From an uncultured Candidatus Rokubacteria bacterium (GTDB lineage Bacteria > Methylomirabilota > Methylomirabilia > Rokubacteriales > CSP1-6), in the NCBI GenBank assembly GCA_963754315.1, contig CAVWFS010000010.1:32001-96000 (forward strand): a DNA stretch of 64,000 nucleotides, in the 5' to 3' direction. Position numbers and translations under genes: made by a program. The notes below the pieces were generated by a model. That model made no database searches. It was not told where the DNA came from and was given only the letters and a program-made list of their open reading frames with translations. Shown here piece after piece: positions 41,867 to 51,309 of the stretch. Each line of letters opens with the position of its first letter. The stretch's first letter is position 1.

Positions 41867-42910
41867 ATGACCACGACGTTACGGACGGGGCTCCTGATAC
41901 TGCCCGCCCGGGAACCGGCGCGCTTGGCAGAGCTCGCCGTTCTCGCGGAGGACGCCGGCTACGATGATTTCTGGCTGGCCGACGAACGCTTCTTCCGCGA
42001 GGTGTACGCGTGCCTCGCCCTGTGTGCGGGGCGCACGCAGCGGATCCGACTCGGCCCTTGCGTGACCGACCCTTATTCGCGGCATCCGGCCCTGACCGCC
42101 ATGGCCATTGCCACGCTCGACGAGATCTCTGAGGGGCGGGCGCTCCTCGGTATCGGCGCCGGGGTGAGCGGCTTCCGTGAGCTTGGCGTCGACGCGGCCC
42201 GCTCGGCGGTGGCCATCCGTGAGGGGATCGAGCTCATCCGCGCGTTGCTAGCGGGTCAGACGGTGACCCTCAAAGGACGCGCGCTGAGCTTCACCGACGG
42301 GCGCCTCGACTTCGCGGCCGTGCGGGCGGACCTGCCCATCTTCGTCGCGTCCCAGCGGGCGGCAGGGTGCCGGGTGGCCGGCCGCGTGGCCGACGGCGCG
42401 ATCATGCAGGGAGCACTGGCGGAGCCGCTCGTGCGCTTCCTGCGGGACACGGTGCACGGGGCCGCGCGTGAGGTGGGTCGAGAGCCCGCCAAGGTAGAGC
42501 TGGTCGCCCGCCTCAACGTCTGTGTCCACGACGACCGCCGCGCCGCCCGCGACGTCATGCGGCCCACCATCGTCCGCAGCCTCAGCGCCCAGCGCCCTGA
42601 CTTCTTCACGTTCGCCACGGCCGGCCTCACCTTGCCCGCGCAGCTGCGCGAGCGGGTGCTGGCGCTGCCCTACACCCACGACCCCGCGCCTCTGCAGGCG
42701 GCGGCGCCCCTCGTGCCCGACGCCTTCGTCGACGCCTGCACGCTCACGGGGCCGCCCGAGGTGATCGCGTCCGAGCTCGTGCGGCTGGCACGCGGCGGGA
42801 TCGGCGAGGTGGTGATCTATCCGCTGTCCGTGGACGGGCGGGTGGAGACGACGATCGAGCGCTTCCAGTCCGATGTGATGCCTCGCGTGCGACGAGAGCT
42901 TGGCTCATGA
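41867..42910 (+). CDS. LLM-class flavin/F420 oxidoreductase (Mer-like)
   Basis: AEDAGYDDFWLADE, LGPCVTDPYSRHPALTA and LDEISEGRALLGIGAG. Confidence 0.88.
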   Translation: MTTTLRTGLLILPAREPARLAELAVLAEDAGYDDFWLADERFFREVYACLALCAGRTQRIRLGPCVTDPYSRHPALTAMAIATLDEISEGRALLGIGAGVSGFRELGVDAARSAVAIREGIELIRALLAGQTVTLKGRALSFTDGRLDFAAVRADLPIFVASQRAAGCRVAGRVADGAIMQGALAEPLVRFLRDTVHGAAREVGREPAKVELVARLNVCVHDDRRAARDVMRPTIVRSLSAQRPDFFTFATAGLTLPAQLRERVLALPYTHDPAPLQAAAPLVPDAFVDACTLTGPPEVIASELVRLARGGIGEVVIYPLSVDGRVETTIERFQSDVMPRVRRELGS

Positions 42911-43137
42911 CGGTGACCATCCACATGCACGGCAACCTGCGTCGTTTCATGCCCGAGGGTCGTGATCGCATGACCATGGACGTGGGGTCGGGGACGACCA
43001 TCGAGGCATTTCTCGCTTCGCTCGGGGCGGAGCGCGATACCTGGCTGGTGGCAGTGAACGGAACGACCGTGGACAGGGCCCGCGTGCTTGCCCCGGGCGA
43101 TCTGCTCGACTGCTTCGAGCCCGTGGCGGCGGGATAG
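42907..43137 (+). CDS. MoaD/ThiS-family ubiquitin-like protein
   Basis: Beta-grasp pattern VAVNG..LAPGD..PVAAG. It ends in AG rather than GG. Confidence 0.8.
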   Translation: MTVTIHMHGNLRRFMPEGRDRMTMDVGSGTTIEAFLASLGAERDTWLVAVNGTTVDRARVLAPGDLLDCFEPVAAG

Positions 43138-43209
43138 CGAGTGTCAGGAGTGAAGACGAGACGCCGTGCTGGGTAGTTTGCTGCCGTGGACCGAGACGGG
43201 AGAGACACC

Positions 43210-43540
43210 ATGATCGTGCGGTACGTGATCAACACGCTGAAGCCCGGGGTGGAGCCTGCCGGCTACGAGAGGTGGCTGCGAGAGTACGACTATCCCGTGG
43301 CCAAGACCTTGCCCAGCATCATCAGCTACAAGACATTCCGCATCGAGGGGCCCATCCACAACGCTCCCGCCGATGCTGCCTGGCGTTACATCGAGCGCAT
43401 CGAGATCCGGGACCTGGACCAGTACCAGAAAGACATCGCGTCACCGGCCGGGCAGGAGCTGATCCGCCAGCTTTACGAGACATTACTGCGACCGCACCAA
43501 GACCATCTTCTTCGCCACCGAGCCCATCGAGGAGTCGTGA
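43210..43540 (+). CDS. HapK/EthD-like dimeric alpha-beta barrel protein (frameshift near 43482)
   Basis: LKPGVEPAGYERWLREYDYP..YIERIEI. The C-terminus YCDRTKTIFFATEPIEES* lies in the shifted frame. Confidence 0.65.
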
Positions 43541-43638
43541 CGAAAGGAGCCTCGCCATGAACTCCAGATGTGGTGCATGAGATCGAATGGGGCTGGATCG
43601 GCCCCTCGCCGCGCGCTCTTCCCTCGTAACGTTTGGGG

Positions 43639-45117
43639 TTACGCCAGCAGCACCAACGGTCCCGTGGTCCGGCGTGCCTCGAGATCGCGGTGGGCGTCGG
43701 CGGCGGCGGCGAGGGGATAGCGGTGGCGTAGCTCCACGCGCAGGGTGCCCTCGCGCAGTGCCCCGAACACGCGCTCGGCCATCTCGCGCCTCGTCTTAGG
43801 CTCCGCCGTGTAGTGAAAGAGAACGGGGCGACTCAGGGTCAGCGACTTTTCGGTCAGCCTTTCTACCTCGAGCGGCGGCAGCGGTCCGCTGGCCTGCCCG
43901 TAGCTGACCCAGTGACCGCAGGCCGCGACCGCCTCGAGGTTCGCGTCCAGCGCCGCCCGCCCGAGCCCGTCGAAGATCACGTCGACCCCTCGGCCATCCG
44001 CCGCCTCGCGCACGGCCTCCGCGAAGCGATAGTCAGGGCTGACGATCGGCACGTCACAACCATTGGCGCGGGCGACCCGAGCCTTCTCTTCGCTCGAGAC
44101 CGTACCGATCACCCGGGCACCCAGCGCTTTCGCCCACTGACAGAGGAAAAGGCCCACGCCACCGGCGGCGGCATGCACCAGTACGACCTCGCCCGCGCGC
44201 ACCCGATGGACCCGGTGTAGCAGGTACTCGGCCGTCATGCCTTTCAGCATCACCGCCGCCGCCGTCTCGTCATCGACGTCGTCGGGCAACGCGACCACCT
44301 GGTCAGCGCGCATGGTCCGCACGCCGACGTAAGCGCCCGGGGGTAAGCACGCATAGGCCACGCGATCGTCGGCGAGCACGTGCGCGACACCAGGGCCGAC
44401 ATCGATCACGATCCCAGCCGCCTCCATGCCGAGCGTTCCGCCCGGTTCGATCAGCCTCACCAGACCCTGGCGCGCGTACACGTCGATGTAGTTCACGCCG
44501 ATCGCCGTCTGCCGAATCCTCACCTCGCCCGGACCAGGTGCGGGGGCCGGTAGGGATTGGTTGCGGAGCACGTCTGGACCCCCGAAGCCCGTGATCACGA
44601 CCCCCTGGGTGGGCATGGACGCGCCGCCCGGCGCCTGCCGAGCGGGTGTCCCACGGCTGGGCTGTTGAAACGCGGTTTGAGCTGTCCGCAGGTAGGCACG
44701 CAGGCCCTCGAAGCCGCCTTCGTAGACGGCGGTGCCCACCAGATCGGCCAGTTCGCGCTCCTGATTCGGTGGCGCCTCGAACGTGCTCTGCCAGTGCCAG
44801 AACGTACGCTCGCCGTCCGTTACCCGCTTGAGCTGCAGGGTGGCCACGTAGCGGCGCATGGGCAGGGTCGCGTCGAGGATGCAGTACGTCGAGAGATGCT
44901 CGCGGTCGGAAAGCGCGAGGAGCTGTTCTCGGATGCGATGACCGTCGCGGAGAGTGAAACGGCGAACACAGCCCACCTGATCAGACGGCTCGCCACCCTC
45001 GATCTCGGACTCGGCAACGAGCGGGTGCCAGGCGCGATGGCTGTTGAAGTCGCGCAGGACAGCCCACACGCGCTCGATGGGGGCGTCGACGACGGCGGAG
45101 CGCGTGACGCGGACCAC
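43639..45117 (-). CDS. SRPBCC domain fused to NADPH:quinone oxidoreductase (MDR family)
   Basis: N-terminal VWAVLRDFN..VGCVRRF..IREQLLALSD, and C-terminal GVNYID, HAAAGGVG, YGQASG and RRTTG. Confidence 0.88.
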   Translation of the reverse strand: MVRVTRSAVVDAPIERVWAVLRDFNSHRAWHPLVAESEIEGGEPSDQVGCVRRFTLRDGHRIREQLLALSDREHLSTYCILDATLPMRRYVATLQLKRVTDGERTFWHWQSTFEAPPNQERELADLVGTAVYEGGFEGLRAYLRTAQTAFQQPSRGTPARQAPGGASMPTQGVVITGFGGPDVLRNQSLPAPAPGPGEVRIRQTAIGVNYIDVYARQGLVRLIEPGGTLGMEAAGIVIDVGPGVAHVLADDRVAYACLPPGAYVGVRTMRADQVVALPDDVDDETAAAVMLKGMTAEYLLHRVHRVRAGEVVLVHAAAGGVGLFLCQWAKALGARVIGTVSSEEKARVARANGCDVPIVSPDYRFAEAVREAADGRGVDVIFDGLGRAALDANLEAVAACGHWVSYGQASGPLPPLEVERLTEKSLTLSRPVLFHYTAEPKTRREMAERVFGALREGTLRVELRHRYPLAAAADAHRDLEARRTTGPLVLLA

Positions 45118-45123
45118 GCTGCC

Positions 45124-45561
45124 CTACCGGCGGAACAAGCTCTTCAGAGTGTCGAACCCGCTTTGAAATACCCCTTGGCCAATGCTCTGGGCTAGCTCGG
45201 CTTGCCGGGCCGGCGCACAGTCGAACTCGGCCCACCACTCGGCAAACGTGCGCTCACCGTCGGTGACGGGAGTGAGCTTGAGGGTGGCCACGTAGTTCTC
45301 CACCCCCAGCGGACTTTCGAGGATCGAATATGTGCACTGAAAATCGTAGTCGGAGAGGGCCAGAAGCTGCTCGCGGATCATGCCGCCGTCCTTGAGGCGA
45401 AAGTTCCTGACGCAGCCGACGGTATCGGGGGCCATGCCCCCTTCGATTCGCGATTCGGCCACGAACGGGGTCCATTTCGGCAGCGCGTTGAAGTCGCGGA
45501 TCTGCGCCCACACCTGATCGGCGGACGCGTCGATCACGCTCGAGACATACACCTTGATCAT
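45124..45561 (-). CDS. SRPBCC (polyketide cyclase/MxaD-like) protein
   Basis: VWAQIRDFNALPKW..VGCVRNFRLKDGG.IREQLLALSD, paralogous to the fused domain downstream. Confidence 0.88.
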   Translation of the reverse strand: MIKVYVSSVIDASADQVWAQIRDFNALPKWTPFVAESRIEGGMAPDTVGCVRNFRLKDGGMIREQLLALSDYDFQCTYSILESPLGVENYVATLKLTPVTDGERTFAEWWAEFDCAPARQAELAQSIGQGVFQSGFDTLKSLFRR

Positions 45562-45571
45562 TCGTTTACAT

Positions 45572-45638
45572 GGGGGGCCCCGACATGGCCCCCCAACCCC
45601 CCAACGTTCGGAGCACCCCGGGAAACCCGGGGCGCTCC
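45572..45638. repeat. Two-hairpin intergenic element (REP-like)
   Basis: GGGGGGCC-CCGACAT-GGCCCCCC and GGAGCACCCCGGG-AAA-CCCGGGGCGCTCC. Confidence 0.65.
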
Positions 45639-45664
45639 TCGGTCCACGCTGCGCGAAGCATCGC

Positions 45665-47372
45665 CTACTCGTCGGGAACGGGGCCGCTGCCGAGCGCCCC
45701 GGGTCGAGCGGCCCCCTTCTCGAGCAAGCCACGGGCGGCCTGGCCGACGTCGCCGGCATCGATGCCGATCTCGCGCAGGAGCTGATCGACCAGGGGAGCT
45801 TGCGCTCGGAAGCGCAGGGCCGAGTTCACTACGCTGTCGGCGAAGCTTCCCTCGCTGGCGCGACCGTCCCCACGGCCGCCACTTCCCCCGCCCAGCCCTT
45901 CCACATGGAGGATCTTGATGCCCTCGATCCGCTCCATCGGCTTGACCGACTCACGGATGATCACGTCGAGCTTCTCGATGAGTCTCAGGCGCATGGCCGA
46001 CAGCCGGGCCTCCGGCGTCAGCACATTCTGGGCCTCGTTCATGAGGCGCGTTCCCTCCGCTTCAACCTCGTGACGGATCCGCGCCGCCAGCGAGCGCACC
46101 TTCTCGGCGTCGGCGTAGGCTTCTGCCTCAGCCCTGACCGCCGCCCCCCGGTCGCCCGCCGCCGCCCTCTCCGCCCCCGCCGCGATGCGCACCCGGAGTG
46201 CGTCGCGCTCGGCCTCCTGCTCGGCGCCGATCAGCTCAACCCGCTTGCGCCGCTCGGCCATCTCGGTCTCGCGCACAGTGAAGACACGCTCCTCTTCGGC
46301 GGCCGCCTTGGCCCGGGCCAGATCGGCGGCTGCCTGCGCCTCCGACTGGGCCTTTGACTGCTCGGCGACGACGATGGATCGATGCTGCTCGGCCAGCTCG
46401 ACGGCCTGCCGGCGGGCGATCTCCAGCTGCTGCACCTCGCGTTCCTTGAGGATGCGTTCTTCCTCGATGGCGCGCTCGGAGACAAGGCGGGCGCGATCCA
46501 CTGCCTCCCGGGCGCCGATCTGCGCCCGCTCGGCCTCCTGCTCACGGTCGGCGCGCTGGCGGGCAACCTCGGCACGCTGGGCGGCGCGCTGGATCTCCAG
46601 CTCGCGCTCCTGGGCGAGACGCGCGTACTCCAGCTCGCGATCGATGTCGAGGGCCTGGCGCTCGGTGTCCAGATTCTTGTTCCGCATCTGAATCATCGTG
46701 TCCTGCTCGATGTCGTTGCGGATCTTCTTGCGCCGCTCGATCTGCTCGGTCAGCCGGGTCAAGCCCCTCGGCGTCGAAGGCGTTGGATGGATTGAAGAAC
46801 TCGAGCGCAGTCTGGTCGAGCTGGGTGAGGGAGACTGCCTCCAGCTCGAGGCCGTTCTGAAGGAGGTCGCTGGCGACCACGCTCTTCACGCGCTTGACGT
46901 ACTCGCCCCGTTTCTCGTGAAGCTCCTCCATCGTCATCTCGGCGGCCACCGTGCGCAGCGCATCCACGAACTTGCCTTCCACCAGCTCTTTCAGGGTCTC
47001 CGGTTGCAGGGTGCGCTGACCCAGGGTCTGGGCGGCGGCGGCGATGGGCTCCACTCCTGCCCGCACCCGCACGTAGAACTCGGAGATCACGTCGACCCGC
47101 ATGCGATCCTTCGTGATCAGTGCTTTGTCGCGACCGCGGGACACCTCCAGCCTGAGCGTGTTCATGTTGACGGGCACCACCTCGTGGACGATGGGCAGGA
47201 CGAAGGCGCCGCCGTTCATCACCACCTTCTGACCGCCGAGGCCGGTGCGCACGAAGGCCCGTTCCTTGGACGAGCGCAGGTACAGCCAGTTCATGAGCCA
47301 CACCACGATGGCGACCACGATGGCCGCCGCGATCACGACGAGGACGAGGGCGCCGAATTGCGCTCCACTCAT
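45665..47372 (-). CDS. Flotillin/SPFH-domain protein (YqiK-like), frameshift near 46763
   Basis: TM, AFVRTGLGG, ALITKDRMRVDV, FNPSNAFDAEG/LTRLT, coiled coil, and ESVKPMERIEGIKIL..NSALRFRAQAPLVD. Confidence 0.9.
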
Positions 47373-47387
47373 GACGGTCTCCTTGCT

Positions 47388-48218
47388 TCAGCGCCTGATG
47401 CGCTTGAACTTGCGAGTGGTCTCCGTCAGTGCCACCTCGGTCGGCAGGCGCTCCATGCTGGAGGCGCCGTAGAAGCCATGACAACCTCGGCAGTTCCGGA
47501 GGATGTAGCGAGCGTCCGAAGGGCGGGCAATCGGGCCCCCGTGACACAACACGATGATCTCGTTTCGCACCTCGCGGGCGGCCGCCGCCCACGCCTCGAT
47601 CCTCGGGACGCAGTTCTTCAGGGTGAGAGCGGTCTCGGCGCCGATGGCACCGCCCGTGGTGAGCCCAAGATGGCAGACGACAATGTCGGCTCCGGCCTTG
47701 GCCATGTCGATCGCGTTCTGCTCCGAGAAGACGTACGGGGTGGTGAGCAGATCCATCTCATGAGCCGCGCGGATCATGCCGACTTCCAGCGCATATCCCA
47801 TCCCGGTCTCCTCGAGCTGAGCCCGGATCGTTCCGTCGAAGAGACCCACCGTGGGGAAATTCTGTACTCCGGAGAACCCCAGCGCGGCCAGGCGAGCCAG
47901 GAAGTCGCCCGTGATCATGAAGGGGTCAGTCCCATTCACGCCGGCCAGCACCGGCGTCCGCTGGACCACGGGCAGTACCTCACGCGCCATGTCCAGCACG
48001 ATCTCGTTCGCGTTGCCGTAGGCGAGCAGGCCGGCCAGGGATCCCCGACCGGCCATGCGGTAGCGGCCGGAATTGTAGATGACGATCAGATCGATTCCTC
48101 CCGCCTCCTCGCACTTGGCCGAGAGGCCGGTGCCGGCGCCGCCGCCGATGATCGGCTCACCGCGCCGGATCATGGCCCGGAACTTCTTGAGGATGTCGGC
48201 GCGCGCTACCCGAGCCAC
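47388..48218 (-). CDS. TIM-barrel signal-transduction / PEP-hydrolase family protein
   Basis: [58 protein letters not shown] and [12 protein letters not shown]. Confidence 0.92.
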   Translation of the reverse strand: MARVARADILKKFRAMIRRGEPIIGGGAGTGLSAKCEEAGGIDLIVIYNSGRYRMAGRGSLAGLLAYGNANEIVLDMAREVLPVVQRTPVLAGVNGTDPFMITGDFLARLAALGFSGVQNFPTVGLFDGTIRAQLEETGMGYALEVGMIRAAHEMDLLTTPYVFSEQNAIDMAKAGADIVVCHLGLTTGGAIGAETALTLKNCVPRIEAWAAAAREVRNEIIVLCHGGPIARPSDARYILRNCRGCHGFYGASSMERLPTEVALTETTRKFKRIRR

Positions 48219-48225
48219 GATACGG

Positions 48226-50526
48226 TCACCGCGCGGCCGCCCGTTCGGCCGTGGGCGTCCCCACGATCGCGTCGAAACTGGCCACCAGCGCGTCGGCGAA
48301 CGCCTGATCGTTGATGTTGTGAGGCAACCTGAGAAGCGTGCGATTCGGTCCCGTGCGAAATCCCGCGGCGATGGTCTCGAACAACACGCGATCGGCGGCC
48401 GGGTCCCAGAAGGGCTGGCCCACCGCATCGAGCAGCGAGACCCCCCCCTCGGGGATCAAGAAGCGCACCGGACCCTCCATGCGATTGAGCTTGTCGACAA
48501 TGAACCGCCCGATGCGTGCACACTCGTCCGGCGTGGTGCGCATCAAGGTCACGTTCGGGTTGTGCCGGTGCAGGGTGCGGCTCCGAAACGATGTCGGCAC
48601 GGTGTCCATGGCCCAGAAATTCACCATGTCGAGCGCGCCGCAGGAGCCGACGTACGGTACGCGGGCGCGGATGATCGCATCGAGCCGGGCCGGCCCTGCG
48701 GAGAGGACGCCGCCGACGACCTCGTCCGCGATCTCGGTGGTGGTGACGTCGATGACTCCGGCTAGCAGGCCGGAATCCACGAGCTTTTCCATGGACTGGC
48801 CGCCAGTGCCGGTGGCATGGAAGACCAGACAGTCGTAGCGGTCCTCGAGGATCCGCGTGACGGCCTGCACGCATGGCGTGGTCAACCCGAACATGGTGAG
48901 GCCGATGGCCGGCTTCGTCTCCGACCTCGCGCCCGGCGCGCGGGCGTAGGCGATCATGCCGGCCAGCGCGTGGGCGGCGTTGGTCAGCACTCGTTCCGAG
49001 ATCCGGTTGATGCCCGCCACGTCGGTGACGGAGTACATCATGCAGATGTCGGCGGGGCCGACGTAGGGCTTCACGTCGCCCGAGGCCACCGTCGACACCA
49101 TGACTTTGGGGACCCCGATCGGTAGGCGGCGCATGGCCATGGTGGCCAACGCAGTCCCGCCCGATCCGCCCGCCGAGATGAGACCGCCCAGATCGCGTCG
49201 ACGGGTGACGAAGTGCTCGAAGGCCACGGCCATCTCGCTCACCGCCGAGCCACGCTCGCCGGTGAAGACCGCGCGCTCGCCCCTGGGATGATGCCGTGCC
49301 ACCTCGCGCGGATGGATCATGGCCGGCGACGGCTTTCCCGAGGTGGCCAGATCGACGGTGACGGTGCGGAGCCCGAGCTTGTCCAGACAGTTGCGCAGGA
49401 AGAAGAGCTCCCGACCTTTGGTGTCGAACGTACCCGCGATGTAGGCGGCGCGCCCGACCGTGGCGGCGAGAGGGAACTCCAGCACACGGGTGGGATGGCC
49501 CTCGTCTGGACGCTCCGTCACCGCGTCGGCAGACACGGGCGTTGCCAGCACTGACGGGGATACCTGGTCGAGCAGACGGTCGCGCGGCGCGGCCCTGGGA
49601 TCGGCGGCGTTCCAGCGCGTGAAGCTTCGCACGGCCCGTTCCCTGCGTTCGGTCGATGCGGGGCCGTCTTGGTCGCCGCCCGCGGCCGCGTCGTCAGCAG
49701 ATCGTCTGACCGTGTAGATGGTGATCGTGTCCGGCTCTTCTCCACCAGGAGCGACACTCTCGGACAAGGCGACCTCGTCGTCTACACCGACCCTCACGCC
49801 GAGGAGTTGCTGCTGTAGCTCGCGGTCTCCCGCTAGCTCGGCGGCCGGCATGGAGCGCGCAATGCGCCCGTTAACCATCACGTCGATGGTGTCCGCGACA
49901 TCGATGGCCACGCCCAAGTTCTGCTCGATCAGCAGCACCGAGATGTTGCCCTCGCCGGCGAGGTGTTTCAGCATGTCTGCGACCTGCCCCACGATCAGGG
50001 GGGCCAGACCCTCCGTCGGCTCGTCCATCACCAGCAGGATGGGGTTGAAGAGCAGCGCGCGGGCAATGGCAAGCATCTGTTGCTCACCGCCGGACAGCTC
50101 GGCCCCGCCGTGACCCTTCCGTTCGGCCAGCCGCGGAAACGTCTGGTACACGCGTGCCACCGTCCACGAGCCCGACTGGTCACGGGCGGCCAGCCGCAGA
50201 TGCTCATCCACAGTCAGGGAGGGCCACACGCGCCGCCCCTGGGGCACGTACCCGATGCCTTTGCCGGTGATGGTGTGCGGAGCCAGGCCCAGGATCTCCT
50301 CGCCCGCCAGGCGAACGCTGCCGGCGGCGGGCACGAGCCCGGTGATCGCGTTGCACAAGGTGGTCTTCCCCATGCCGTTGCGACCGACCACGGCGAGGAC
50401 GCCGTGATCGAGCTTGAGCGAGACCTCCTGGAGCGCGTGGGCCCGGCCGTAGTACACGTCCAGGTTCTCGATGACCAGGATGGGACGCGACGGGGACCGC
50501 GCCGGCGTGCGAGTGCGCCACCGCAT
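48226..50526 (-). CDS. LivF-type ABC ATPase fused to Tm-1-like (UPF0261) ATP-binding domain
   Basis: N-terminal [15 protein letters not shown] and MDEP. C-terminal [48 protein letters not shown] and GALDMVNF. Single uninterrupted ORF. Confidence 0.9.
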   Translation of the reverse strand: MRWRTRTPARSPSRPILVIENLDVYYGRAHALQEVSLKLDHGVLAVVGRNGMGKTTLCNAITGLVPAAGSVRLAGEEILGLAPHTITGKGIGYVPQGRRVWPSLTVDEHLRLAARDQSGSWTVARVYQTFPRLAERKGHGGAELSGGEQQMLAIARALLFNPILLVMDEPTEGLAPLIVGQVADMLKHLAGEGNISVLLIEQNLGVAIDVADTIDVMVNGRIARSMPAAELAGDRELQQQLLGVRVGVDDEVALSESVAPGGEEPDTITIYTVRRSADDAAAGGDQDGPASTERRERAVRSFTRWNAADPRAAPRDRLLDQVSPSVLATPVSADAVTERPDEGHPTRVLEFPLAATVGRAAYIAGTFDTKGRELFFLRNCLDKLGLRTVTVDLATSGKPSPAMIHPREVARHHPRGERAVFTGERGSAVSEMAVAFEHFVTRRRDLGGLISAGGSGGTALATMAMRRLPIGVPKVMVSTVASGDVKPYVGPADICMMYSVTDVAGINRISERVLTNAAHALAGMIAYARAPGARSETKPAIGLTMFGLTTPCVQAVTRILEDRYDCLVFHATGTGGQSMEKLVDSGLLAGVIDVTTTEIADEVVGGVLSAGPARLDAIIRARVPYVGSCGALDMVNFWAMDTVPTSFRSRTLHRHNPNVTLMRTTPDECARIGRFIVDKLNRMEGPVRFLIPEGGVSLLDAVGQPFWDPAADRVLFETIAAGFRTGPNRTLLRLPHNINDQAFADALVASFDAIVGTPTAERAAAR

Positions 50527-51296
50527 CAGGTCCGAGATCCCCCGATGTAGATCGCCTGGACCTCGGCATCGGCCTCGATCTCGGCTGGCGTGCCGTGCTT
50601 GAGCACGTGGCCGTTGTGCATCACGGTGACCCGTTCGACGACGCGCAGGGCCACGTCGAGGTCATGCTCGATGATGATGTAGCCCATGTGAGATGGCAGT
50701 GCGGCCAGCAGGGCAATCAGCTGGCGCCGCTCGGCAGGGGAGAGGCCGGCGGCGGGTTCGTCGAACAGGATGAAACGCGGAGCCCCGGCCAGGGCCATGC
50801 CGATCTCGAGCTGACGCTGCTGGCCATGGGACAACGACGAGACGGGCTGATCGGCCACCGGTGTCAGTGCGACGCGCTGGAGCAGGTCGTCGGTGGCCAG
50901 TCGAGAGGAATGGGACGGCCGGGGACGCAGGAGGCCGAACCGCCCACGCGTCACTCCCCGGACCGCCAGGAACAGATTGTCGCGTACGGTCAGCTCGCGA
51001 AACAGGAGCGAGGATTGATAGGTGCGCCTCAAGCCCATGCGGATGCGCTCGTGGGGCGGCAGGGCCGTGACGTCCTCGCCAAAGAAGCGCACGCTACCGG
51101 CGGTGGGCGGAAAGTCGCCGGTGACGGTGTTGAACAACGTGGTCTTGCCGGCCCCGTTGGCGCCGATGAGGGCGCGCCGCTCGCCGGCGGCCACCGAGAG
51201 CGAGACGTCCTCGATCGCCCGCAGGGCGCCGAACGTGCGGGTGACGCCCTCGAGCACGAGAGCGTCACCCGACGTGCCGGGCGCTTGGTTCGTCAG
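50526..51296 (-). CDS. LivG-type ABC ATP-binding protein
   Basis: [19 protein letters not shown] and FDEPAAGL. Probable CTG start at 51296 after GGGAG (GTG at 51257 is the alternative). Confidence 0.9.
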   Translation of the reverse strand: MTNQAPGTSGDALVLEGVTRTFGALRAIEDVSLSVAAGERRALIGANGAGKTTLFNTVTGDFPPTAGSVRFFGEDVTALPPHERIRMGLRRTYQSSLLFRELTVRDNLFLAVRGVTRGRFGLLRPRPSHSSRLATDDLLQRVALTPVADQPVSSLSHGQQRQLEIGMALAGAPRFILFDEPAAGLSPAERRQLIALLAALPSHMGYIIIEHDLDVALRVVERVTVMHNGHVLKHGTPAEIEADAEVQAIYIGGSRT

Positions 51297-51309
51297 CGCC
51301 GTCTCCCGC

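Noticed and set aside
43545..43580. Strong RBS (AAAGGAG) followed by tiny ORF MNSRCGA
   Set aside because: It is too short to interpret and may be the stump of a deleted gene.
19340..46770. Programmed ribosomal frameshifting in thiE, flotillin or TRAP genes
   Set aside because: No slippery heptamers or shared signals are visible, and scattered indels fit sequencing error better.
47388..50526. Anti-phage role for the Tm-1-like pair by analogy with plant Tm-1
   Set aside because: The context is transport and catabolic under TetR control, with no defence genes nearby, so the analogy alone is insufficient.
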